64,000 nt of DNA from Lachnospirales bacterium (GCA_047974615.1 JBKECM010000082.1:30488-94487), one strand, 5' to 3'; positions 50,709 to 59,123 are shown, counted from the stretch's first letter. The notes: a model not told the origin generated them from the letters alone. Translations and numbers: made by a program.

Positions 50709-50941
50709 TGGCTTCATTGCAAAATATAGAAAAATCCATTTTCATATCGGAATTTTCACTACGTGAAAACGACTTCGTCGCCCTTGTTCGTCGGATTCTT
50801 TACAAAACAATGGCTTTGTGGCTTTTGACAAAAACTGTGGAAATGGCGTCTTTTTTTGCCATTTCAGGCGTTTGTCAAAAGTATGATAATTTGATTTTTT
50901 CTTTTGCAATGTGCCATTTCTTGAATTTTGCAACGTTGCCA
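50709..50941 (-). mobile_element. F1 miniature inverted-repeat element, full-length copy C (233 bp)
   Basis: TGGCTTCATTGCAAAAT ... ATTTTGCAACGTTGCCA. Reverse complement of copies A and B, and contains both internal modules (50748-50794 and 50823-50880). Confidence 0.85.
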
Positions 50942-50961
50942 TATTGTTTGATAAGTTTATT

Positions 50962-53900
50962 TTAAATTTCTTCTAAGTGTAGTACACCATATCCATAAAA
51001 ATTATTAGGATATTGAAAGTTTTTTTCTCTTATTGCGTTTTTACGCAAGATTTTGCGTATTTCTTTTACTCCGTAATTGGGGTGCTTTTCTAGAATAAGA
51101 GCTATTAAACCTATAGTTAGGGCAACTCCCATTGATGTACCAGATATTTTTTCTATGTCATATAGACCGTAGGCATCTATATCAACAGAAGGAGAGGTAA
51201 TATCTATTTGCCTAAAAGTACTGTATTCTGTAGCACCACTAGCTTTGTAAAATGTACTAAGGTATATATCATAGCCAGATACAGAAATTAAATTATTTAT
51301 AGTACCGGGTATTGTTATTGAACCTAAAATTTTTGATGAATAAAAAGTTGTATTTTCAGTAGATAGGGGAAGCACAGGTAAATAAAATTCACAGCTTGCA
51401 GAAATGTTCAGTGGTACAAGTTCGATATACCAAATTCCTTTTATGAAGCCATCTAGCCCTATTTCTATTTCTGTTTTTTGATTTGTATTATTAAAATTTA
51501 TAGTGATGTTATAATCAAAAGTTTCTTTATAGTATGTGTTATTTTCTGTTAGATTAAAACTTAATTCTTCAAAATTTCTGTTACCTATGGTAAGTAAAAA
51601 TTTTGCATTTTTTTGTGTGTATATACTAATTTTTGTTTGAGGGTCATCAATATTTAGATATGTCATATTTTTTTCATTTATTATAGCCTTTGTTGTAGTG
51701 TGCTTTTTTGATAAACATTCATTACCTGTAGGTGCGACAATGATACAATTTTCATTTTTACTTATGTCTGCAAGTATTTTTTCAAAAGCACAAAGTTCAT
51801 TGTGCGAACCTTCATTTGAACTTAAGGGTATACCTATAATCATAGGTAAATTGTATTTTTTTTGTACTGATATTAAATAGGCTAAAGCTTTAAGAATATC
51901 TATTGAAGAAATACCGTAAAGTTCTGCATTTATAAAGCTTGATTTTTTATTTGTAGATGTTGTATCTGAAACTTTAGCACATATAATTTTTGATTTTGGT
52001 GCAATACCTTGAAAATTGTCTTGAAAATTACCACTTGCTACGGAAAATGAGTTTGTTCCATGTCCTATTGTATCAAAATCTTTTAAATCTTCATCAATTA
52101 CTTTTTGAATATCTTGTTTAAAGTATATTTTGTTTTCTGTAACATCATATATTTCTTCTACTCTTGTGTTGCCTTCGGTCATAAAAATACTATTTTTTAC
52201 GCATATTCCTGTATCTATAAAAGATATTATAACATTTTCTCCATAAAGGTTTTGGTTTTTATAAATTTTTGTTGCACCTATAAATTCTGAAACTTCATAA
52301 TTTGAGAGAGCAAAAATCTTTACTTTTTCAAAAAAAATTTTTTCTTTATATAGAAAATTTTGAAAATCTGTTATATATAAATAATTTACATCTACTATTA
52401 TATAATTAAATAAAATTTCTTTTACTATAAAGTCAACTATGCCTTCTAAAGTAGCTAAAAAACCGTTATCATCTTTCACTAAATATTCTACATATTCTTT
52501 TTCGCTTTCAACTAATGTAACTAGTTCTTCATAACAAACAAAACCAAAACCATATGCTATATTTGGATAGTCTATGTTTTTTAACTTTGTTGCACTTTTC
52601 TCAAGTAAAGATTTTATCTCTATAGAAGTGTAATTTGGATTTTTCTCAAATATTAAAGATACAATACCAGCTACTATAGGAGCTGCAAAACTTGTGCCTG
52701 TTTTATAGCTATAGCCATATACACTATCTGCACACCTAATATTTACACCCGGTGCTGCTACATTTGGTTTAATTTCATCTAAAACAGTATTGCCTAAACC
52801 TGAAAAGGTGGCAATAGATTGATTTTGTCCATCATAAGCGGAAACAGTAATAGCTTTTTTACTTGTTGAAGGGAAGGTAATAGTGTTTTCAATGTCACTA
52901 CTGCTAAAATACGTATCATATCCTACAGATTCTAAGATAGGTAAATATAAGTGTATTTTTTCATTGACTTTTCTTATATTCAAACTTAGTAGTACTATAG
53001 AATTTCTTGCTTCTTTATATATTATTTTTATATTAAAAGTGTTATAAATATCAGAAAGTAATTCACCGTATGAAACATAATACTCAACTTCATCTTCGAT
53101 AATGTGTTCAACACCTGTATTTTGCTTAAAAGTTCTTGAAACATATCCATTATCAAATTCTATGAAAAAATCTATTGTGCTATCACTTGGTACAAAAATA
53201 AAAATACTAAATTCTTGCACATTGCTTACAATTTCTATTCTATCTGAAGTTGTTGCTATTTTATGATGTCCTGAGTCACCTTCGTTACCGGCTGCTATTG
53301 TTATACCTATTTTTTTGTAGTTTACTATTTCGTCAAGATAATTTTCGAACAAAGTAAGACCACTATGGCTTGCGTTATTGCCACCCATACTAATATTAAT
53401 TGAGAGTGGTTTATTAAGAGATTTTGAAACTTCTCTTAAAAAATATATACCCTTTAATACTTCAAAAGATTTAGTATTTGAATTACTAATTTTTACTACA
53501 CATATATCTGATTTTGGTGCTACACCTGTGTTACCTGCACAAATAGAGGTTACAGAAGTACCATGACCAACTGTGTCAAGATGTCCTAGGGGTGTATTAT
53601 TGCTTAAGGATAAGTTAATGTCTTCTTCTGTATATAGTTTTCCGGTGCTTATTCCAAAGCCACCTGTTCCTTCTTGTGAAAAGTCTAGTATATATTTTAT
53701 TCTTGTTGTACCATCTGTATTTTTAAATTCTTGGTGGAAAATATCTATACCACTGTCAATTACTCCAATAACAGTATTCATACCTGTTTCTTCATAGTCT
53801 GTTAGGCAAGCATATTCCTTGTAGTTATCTGCTACACTTGCGTATTCTTCTTGATAAAATTCTATTTCATATGCAAGTTCTTGTGACAATATTTCAGCTG

Positions 53901-54129
53901 TATTTATAACATTAAAATAGTTAGTATAGTTACAGGTTATTATTGCATAATTACTACCTATTATTTCTACCATACCAAATTTTTTTAATGTGTTTTCTAT
54001 ATCTCCTAAGTATTTTACTAAAATAACAATTTCAAAATTGTTTAGGTAGTTTGAAATTACTGTTCTATCGTTATTTTTTATTGCATAATCAACTTGGTAA
54101 GAAAAAATATTATTCAATTTATTTTCCAA
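50962..54129 (-). CDS. Fused two-domain Csp-like subtilisin (S8) protease, CspBA-like
   Basis: Two tandem S8 units, each with a YAIIT-type propeptide. Residues are numbered on the 1080-aa track ORF. Triads: D150/H214/S505 (IDSG, GHGT, GTSFAAP) and D664/H715/S1024 (IDTG, GHGT, GTSMG). No signal peptide. Start placed at TTG 54129, 6 nt after GAGGTG; track codons 1-25 run into a repeat. Confidence 0.7.
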   Translation of the reverse strand: MENKLNNIFSYQVDYAIKNNDRTVISNYLNNFEIVILVKYLGDIENTLKKFGMVEIIGSNYAIITCNYTNYFNVINTAEILSQELAYEIEFYQEEYASVADNYKEYACLTDYEETGMNTVIGVIDSGIDIFHQEFKNTDGTTRIKYILDFSQEGTGGFGISTGKLYTEEDINLSLSNNTPLGHLDTVGHGTSVTSICAGNTGVAPKSDICVVKISNSNTKSFEVLKGIYFLREVSKSLNKPLSINISMGGNNASHSGLTLFENYLDEIVNYKKIGITIAAGNEGDSGHHKIATTSDRIEIVSNVQEFSIFIFVPSDSTIDFFIEFDNGYVSRTFKQNTGVEHIIEDEVEYYVSYGELLSDIYNTFNIKIIYKEARNSIVLLSLNIRKVNEKIHLYLPILESVGYDTYFSSSDIENTITFPSTSKKAITVSAYDGQNQSIATFSGLGNTVLDEIKPNVAAPGVNIRCADSVYGYSYKTGTSFAAPIVAGIVSLIFEKNPNYTSIEIKSLLEKSATKLKNIDYPNIAYGFGFVCYEELVTLVESEKEYVEYLVKDDNGFLATLEGIVDFIVKEILFNYIIVDVNYLYITDFQNFLYKEKIFFEKVKIFALSNYEVSEFIGATKIYKNQNLYGENVIISFIDTGICVKNSIFMTEGNTRVEEIYDVTENKIYFKQDIQKVIDEDLKDFDTIGHGTNSFSVASGNFQDNFQGIAPKSKIICAKVSDTTSTNKKSSFINAELYGISSIDILKALAYLISVQKKYNLPMIIGIPLSSNEGSHNELCAFEKILADISKNENCIIVAPTGNECLSKKHTTTKAIINEKNMTYLNIDDPQTKISIYTQKNAKFLLTIGNRNFEELSFNLTENNTYYKETFDYNITINFNNTNQKTEIEIGLDGFIKGIWYIELVPLNISASCEFYLPVLPLSTENTTFYSSKILGSITIPGTINNLISVSGYDIYLSTFYKASGATEYSTFRQIDITSPSVDIDAYGLYDIEKISGTSMGVALTIGLIALILEKHPNYGVKEIRKILRKNAIREKNFQYPNNFYGYGVLHLEEI

Positions 54130-54151
54130 AAAAATCACCTCACATAATATT

Positions 54152-54344
54152 GAGGGTGCTGAAAAAGTCAAAAAAGAAAAAAATATTACTAATGACAATG
54201 GCACAAAAATAGTGAGATAGCATAAAATCAGCGAGAAACGAGTGCTAATTTTATGCTACATGCAAGATGATTTGCAAAGCAAATCATCAAGTCGAGCGTA
54301 ATTTTTGTGAAGTAATATTTTTTTCTATCCTTTATCAGCACCCT
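54152..54344. mobile_element. F2 miniature inverted-repeat element (F2-a, 193 bp) flanked by a 10-bp direct repeat
   Basis: Imperfect ~38-nt terminal inverted repeats GAGGGTGCTGAAAAAGTCAAAAAAGAAAAAAATATTACT / AGTAATATTTTTTTCTATCCTTTATCAGCACCCT. Internal perfect hairpins TAGCATAAAAT..ATTTTATGCTA and GATGATTTGC-AAA-GCAAATCATC. ACATAATATT occurs at 54142-54151 and 54345-54354. Confidence 0.8.
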
Positions 54345-54377
54345 ACATAATATTATGTAAGGTGATTAGGATTAATG

Positions 54378-56687
54378 TTATTTTGTGTTATCATTGTCAA
54401 TTAAATTACTTTGTTCTTTATTATTATTTTCTTCAAGAAGAACTTCTACTTGTTCAAATTCGATAGCTTTGCTTATTTCTATAGATACTCCTTCTTTTTT
54501 TAAGTCTTCGATTTTATCTTTTTCTATTTGATATAAATCATCTATAGATAACTGTGGGTCTTCAACTTCTATAACAATATCAGGTTTATATTTTTTTAAC
54601 ATAATCATAAAATCTTTACCGTCTATATTTTCTTTATCAAGTAAAGCTTCAGATAGTTCAATTAATGCCTGCTTGTATTCTATAAGTAAATCTTTTGCTT
54701 TTTCAAAGCATATATCCAATATTTTGTTTACTTCTCTATCTACATCAGCTAAAGTTATATCAGAACAGTTTGAAGAACTTCTACCACCTAAGTATCTACT
54801 TTGAACTGTTTCGATACCCATCATCTTAAATGTGTCACTCATACCAAACATTGTAACCATTGTTCTAGCATTTGCAGTTGCGTGTTCAATATCATTAGAT
54901 GCACCTGTAGTTTCCATACCAAGTCCTACAATTTCTGCGGCACGACCTCCTAAAGATGTTATAATTTCTGTTAAAATTTCGTCTTTTGTTTTGAGAACTT
55001 TTTCTTCTTCAGGTGTGTACCAAGCAAAGCCTAAAACACCATTTGTACGAGGTACAATAGTAATTCTTTGTATAGGCGTTGAGTTTTCTTGTAGGGCAGA
55101 AGTTAAGGCGTGACCGATTTCGTGGTAAGCAATAAGTTTTCGTTCCTTTACGCTTATGTGGTTTTCTTTTTTCTCTTTACCACCAACTATAATTTCAACT
55201 GCTTTAATTAAGTCTTTTTGCTCGACTTCTTTTCTACCTTCACGAACAGCAAGTAAGGCAGCCTCATTTATAATATTTGCTAAATCTGCACCTGTTAAGC
55301 CCGTTGTTGCTAGGGCAACTTTTTTTAGATCTACGTGTGTGTTATATTTTACTTTTTTGATATGAACATTTAATATATCTTGACGACCTTTTAAGTCTGG
55401 TCTTTCAACTATAACTTGTCTATCAAAACGGCCTGGTCTAAGAAGTGCTTTATCAAGTATTTCAGGTCTGTTTGTAGCTGCTAAAATAACTATAGCATTT
55501 CTTGAATCGAAACCGTCAAGTTCAGATAAAAGTTGATTTAATGTTTGTTCACGCTCATCGTTACCACCAAACTGGTTATCACGACTTTTACCTATTGCAT
55601 CAATTTCATCTATAAAAATAATACAAGGTGAATTTTTTTTGGCTTCATTAAATAAGTCACGAACACGAGTTGCACCTACACCTACATACATTTCTATAAA
55701 TTCTGATCCAGATATAGACAAGAATGCCGCATTACTTTCTCCTGCTACAGCTTTTGCTAATAATGTCTTTCCGGTACCTGGAGGTCCCACTAATAAGGCG
55801 CCTTTAGGTTGTCTTGCACCTATTTCACGATATTTTTCAGGATTGTGTAAAAAGTCTACGATTTCGGTTAAGCTTTCTTTTGCCTCATCTTGTCCAGCTA
55901 CGTCATCAAAAGTTACACCGGTACAATCCTCTTTAACATATAGTTTGGCTTTAGATTTGCCTAAACCTAAACCACCATCACCTTTGAATTTTTTAGTTAT
56001 AAATACCATAACTAAAATCAATATACCATATGTAAGAAACATTGGTAAAACCCAATCAGTAATAATAGTTACAAGTTGATTATTATTTACTACATCTATA
56101 TAATATTTTACATCGTGTTCTTTAAAAAGTTGGTGTAAGGTTTCATCAGGTAAGCGTCCTGTATAAAATAAGGTATCTTCTGTAGGAGCTTGAGATTTTA
56201 GACGTTGAAATTCTCCAAAAGCAAGCATAAATTCTTCGTTGTTCTCTAAGTCTTCAGAAGATGTTGTTGTACTTTCTGTTTCATCTGTTTCAAAATAATC
56301 TGTTGTAATATTTTCAAGTTCTTCAACTTTTGGTGCGATAATTAATTTATCATATTGTATTTCTACTTCCTCGACATAGTCAGATTCTACCATACTTATG
56401 AAGGTATCATAACTAATTTGTACATTCTTATTTTGAAATGATGAAGTCATCAAGAAGTTAAAAGCAATAGTAAAACCTAAAGCCATAAAAAGAAAAGTGT
56501 AAACTTGTTTTGGTGATTGAGTAGGGGGTTTACCTTTGTTTTGATTATTCTTATTATCTTGATTATCATTTTTGTTATTGTTATTGCTGTTATTATTTTT
56601 TGAATCATTATTATTGATATCATTTTTTTGTTTTAAATCTTTGTTGTCATTATTTTTATTATTTCCGTTAAGATCTTTTTTGTCCAT
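54378..56687 (-). CDS. ftsH: ATP-dependent zinc metalloprotease FtsH
   Basis: Walker A GPPGTGKT, SRH, HEIGHAL zinc site. N/K/D-rich N-terminal extension. Start at ATG 56687 (MDKKDL); track start 56738 overlaps the upstream gene. Confidence 0.9.
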   Translation of the reverse strand: MDKKDLNGNNKNNDNKDLKQKNDINNNDSKNNNSNNNNKNDNQDNKNNQNKGKPPTQSPKQVYTFLFMALGFTIAFNFLMTSSFQNKNVQISYDTFISMVESDYVEEVEIQYDKLIIAPKVEELENITTDYFETDETESTTTSSEDLENNEEFMLAFGEFQRLKSQAPTEDTLFYTGRLPDETLHQLFKEHDVKYYIDVVNNNQLVTIITDWVLPMFLTYGILILVMVFITKKFKGDGGLGLGKSKAKLYVKEDCTGVTFDDVAGQDEAKESLTEIVDFLHNPEKYREIGARQPKGALLVGPPGTGKTLLAKAVAGESNAAFLSISGSEFIEMYVGVGATRVRDLFNEAKKNSPCIIFIDEIDAIGKSRDNQFGGNDEREQTLNQLLSELDGFDSRNAIVILAATNRPEILDKALLRPGRFDRQVIVERPDLKGRQDILNVHIKKVKYNTHVDLKKVALATTGLTGADLANIINEAALLAVREGRKEVEQKDLIKAVEIIVGGKEKKENHISVKERKLIAYHEIGHALTSALQENSTPIQRITIVPRTNGVLGFAWYTPEEEKVLKTKDEILTEIITSLGGRAAEIVGLGMETTGASNDIEHATANARTMVTMFGMSDTFKMMGIETVQSRYLGGRSSSNCSDITLADVDREVNKILDICFEKAKDLLIEYKQALIELSEALLDKENIDGKDFMIMLKKYKPDIVIEVEDPQLSIDDLYQIEKDKIEDLKKEGVSIEISKAIEFEQVEVLLEENNNKEQSNLIDNDNTK

Positions 56688-56727
56688 TTGAGTACCCTTT
56701 TTCTTTATACTATTTAATAGCAAATAA

Positions 56728-57342
56728 CTAAAATACAATATCTTTACGACTATTTAATTCCCATAAATACAAGCTTAAAATTGAACAATATGGTGAATAT
56801 ATTTCCTTTAAATTTAAAAATATTTTTTTATCCATTTTTTCTAAATTGTGTATTCTCATTAAGCTTTTTTTTATAATTAAATCATTATAGCTTAATATAT
56901 TCAATCTATTAAGTGAAAAAATCATAAACATTTCTATAGTCCACTCACCAATGCCTTTTACTTCAATTAAACTATTAAAAATTTCTTCATCTGATAAGTA
57001 ATTAATTTTTTTAAAAAAATTTTCGTTTTCAAGTGCAAAAAAAGATAGATTTTTAATATATTCAACTTTTCTTTGAGATAAGCCACAAGATTTTAATGTT
57101 TCATCGTTTATTTCCATAATGTTTTTAGGTGTGACTTCTTTTACCGTTTCCAAAAATTTATTTCTTATGCTTTTTGAGGCTTGTTTTGAAATTTGTTGAC
57201 CTATTATTTGGTTAACTAAAGTTGCAAAATGATTTGTATTTATCGGTCTTTCTATTAAACCAATCTCATCAATAATGAGAGAAACTCTATCATTTTTTTG
57301 CTTTAAAATATTTAGTTGTTCTTCTGTATATTTAAAAAACAT
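56728..57342 (-). CDS. HhH-GPD DNA glycosylase (3-methyladenine DNA glycosylase II / AlkA-like)
   Basis: VKGIGEWTIEMFMIF helix-hairpin-helix and a downstream catalytic Asp (YNDL). Start at ATG 57342 behind GGAGGG. Confidence 0.75.
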   Translation of the reverse strand: MFFKYTEEQLNILKQKNDRVSLIIDEIGLIERPINTNHFATLVNQIIGQQISKQASKSIRNKFLETVKEVTPKNIMEINDETLKSCGLSQRKVEYIKNLSFFALENENFFKKINYLSDEEIFNSLIEVKGIGEWTIEMFMIFSLNRLNILSYNDLIIKKSLMRIHNLEKMDKKIFLNLKEIYSPYCSILSLYLWELNSRKDIVF

Positions 57343-57458
57343 AAGCCCTCCATAAATATATATTTTCATTATACATTATTAATTATAAAAATGCAAATAA
57401 TATAGAAAGTTTATTGTATAAAATTTATTATTAAAAAAAATTTTTTTAATAATAAATA

Positions 57459-57499
57459 AAAAGATATAAAAAGTCGTTATTTGACTGTTTATATCTTTT
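57459..57499. terminator. Bidirectional terminator downstream of sstT
   Basis: AAAAGATATAAA / TTTATATCTTTT 12-bp stem with an inner AGTC/GACT extension. T-rich on both sides. Confidence 0.7.
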
Positions 57500-57514
57500 T
57501 ATTTATTATTATTA

Positions 57515-58744
57515 TTATTTTATATTAACTGTTTCACCAGCTTTTTTTCTTTTTGCAATATCAGCAGTTGCTGTTAAAAGAACGTCTGAAGATGAGTTAA
57601 GTGCAGTTTCACAAGAGTCTTGAAGAACACCTACGATAAAACCAACACCAACAACTTGCATTGCTACATCATTTGGGATACCAAATAAACTACAAGCAAG
57701 TGGAATTAAAAGTAGTGAACCACCAGCAACACCAGAATCACCAAAAGCAATTACAGATGCTACAATACAATGTAATAAATCCATTAAAAAGTCAACTTGT
57801 ATACCTACTGTATACGCTGCAGATAATGTTAATACATTTATTGTAATTTCTGCTCCATCCATATTTATTGTTGCTCCAAGAGGTATAGAAACAGCATATG
57901 TATCTTTATCTAAACCTAATTCTTCGCAAAGTTGCATATTTACTGGTATATTTGCTGCTGAACTTCTTGTAAAGAATGCAGTGATACCACTTTGTCTAAT
58001 ACATCTAAAAACTAGAGGGTATGGGTTTTGCTTAATGTTTAAGTAAACTATAATAGGGTTTGTTACAAATGCACAGAAAAGCATTGAACCTACTAAAACT
58101 CCTAATAATTTTGAGTATACTAAAAGCGTACCTAAACCACCTTCTGAAACAGTTGAGAAGATTAAACCCATTATACCAAAAGGTGCAAGTTGGATAACCC
58201 ATCTAACTATTGTAGACGTAGCATCTGAAAAATCAGAAATCATTTGTTTTGTAGATGCGTTTGCATTTTTTAAAGTTATACCGAATAAAAGCGAAGTAAC
58301 TAAGATACCAATATAGTTACCGTTGTAAAGAGCGTTTATAGGGTTTGCTACAGCGTTTAATAATAAAGCTTGAACAACTTCACCAATACCTCCCGGAGGT
58401 GCTGTACTTTCAGGTATATCTGCTAAGATTAATTCCGTAGGGAACATAAAACTTGCAGCTACGGCTACAAGAGCAGCTACTATTGTACTTATAACATAAA
58501 GTGCAATAATATGCTTCATATTCGTTTGACTACCTTCTTTATGTTGCGCTATAGCTGACATAACTAGGAAGAAAACGAGAATTGGTGCTATACCTTTTAA
58601 TGCACCAACAAATAATGTTCCAAAAAATGAAACAAATCCAAAAATGTTTGGTGCCACTAAACCTAAAATAGTACCCAGTATAAGACCTGCTACTATTCTT
58701 GCTATTAATGAATAGCTTGACCATTTTTCTAGTAGTTTATAAAT
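57515..58744 (-). CDS. sstT: Serine/threonine:sodium symporter SstT (DAACS family), probable ATT start
   Basis: The frame is continuous upstream of track start 58657 and encodes the first TM helix ([26 protein letters not shown]). An in-frame TGA lies at 58759-58757. The only start-like codon is ATT 58744, 7 nt after GAGGAGG. Confidence 0.75.
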   Translation of the reverse strand: MYKLLEKWSSYSLIARIVAGLILGTILGLVAPNIFGFVSFFGTLFVGALKGIAPILVFFLVMSAIAQHKEGSQTNMKHIIALYVISTIVAALVAVAASFMFPTELILADIPESTAPPGGIGEVVQALLLNAVANPINALYNGNYIGILVTSLLFGITLKNANASTKQMISDFSDATSTIVRWVIQLAPFGIMGLIFSTVSEGGLGTLLVYSKLLGVLVGSMLFCAFVTNPIIVYLNIKQNPYPLVFRCIRQSGITAFFTRSSAANIPVNMQLCEELGLDKDTYAVSIPLGATINMDGAEITINVLTLSAAYTVGIQVDFLMDLLHCIVASVIAFGDSGVAGGSLLLIPLACSLFGIPNDVAMQVVGVGFIVGVLQDSCETALNSSSDVLLTATADIAKRKKAGETVNIK

Positions 58745-58827
58745 AAAAAAACCTCCTCAGTACATATTAAATATGTATAATTTTTTAGTAATTATATCAT
58801 ATAAATAAAATAAAAGCAAATATTTTT

Positions 58828-58860
58828 TATAATATAATAAATATTATTTATTATATTATA
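58828..58860. repeat. 33-bp perfect AT-only palindrome
   Basis: TATAATATAATAAATA-T-TATTTATTATATTATA, between the ylmC stop and the sstT upstream region. Confidence 0.8.
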
Positions 58861-58865
58861 AATTT

Positions 58866-59123
58866 CTAGTAATTATGGATACATTTAGACGTATCAATAT
58901 TAACTATGATTAAATCGTCTCCTATTTGTTCAATGTCACAATATGATATTCTTAACTCTTGACCTCCGCTCATAAGTCCAAAAAATTTTGTACCCATAGG
59001 TATAACTAAATATGCTATATTACCAGTTTCAATGTTGAAAATTATATCAACGACACAACCATATCTTGAGCCATCTCTTATGTTTATTACTTCCTTTTCT
59101 CGTAGTTCACTAAATGATATAAT
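58866..59123 (-). CDS. YlmC/YmxH-family (PRC-barrel) sporulation-associated protein, probable ATT start
   Basis: IISFSELREKEVINIRDGSRYG matches the YlmC N-terminus MISISEF.. of B. subtilis. GGAGGTGA lies inside the track's first three codons, with ATT 59123 8 nt downstream. ATG 59138 has no RBS. Confidence 0.65.
   Translation of the reverse strand: MISFSELREKEVINIRDGSRYGCVVDIIFNIETGNIAYLVIPMGTKFFGLMSGGQELRISYCDIEQIGDDLIIVNIDTSKCIHNY

Noticed and set aside
54130-54204. The first 25 codons of the track ORF for the subtilase (MPLSLVIFFSFLTFSAPSILCEVIF), which look like a signal peptide.
   Set aside because: This stretch is the reverse translation of the F2-a terminal repeat and the terminator arm. 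The real RBS, GAGGTG, lies inside it, and a TTG start follows at 54129.
54240-54248. GAGTGCTAA, a CIRCE half-site, inside F2-a.
   Set aside because: No TTAGCACTC partner lies 9 nt upstream. It is part of the loop of the TAGCATAAAAT/ATTTTATGCTA hairpin and is most likely coincidental.
55639-56079. Long antisense or alternate-frame ORFs inside well-supported genes. Examples: 55639-56079(+) in ftsH, 15649-16086(-), 37369-37785(-), 6272-6601(-), 21445-21777(-), 40640-40945(-), 40913-41170(+), 61722-62075(-), 31621-32131(-).
   Set aside because: These are shadow ORFs on the opposite strand or in another frame of genes with clear family motifs. They have odd amino-acid composition and no RBS.
58539-58724. 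A 61-aa ORF overlapping the 5' end of sstT.
   Set aside because: It is out of frame with sstT and has no RBS. The sstT frame itself is open through this region and encodes the expected first TM helix.
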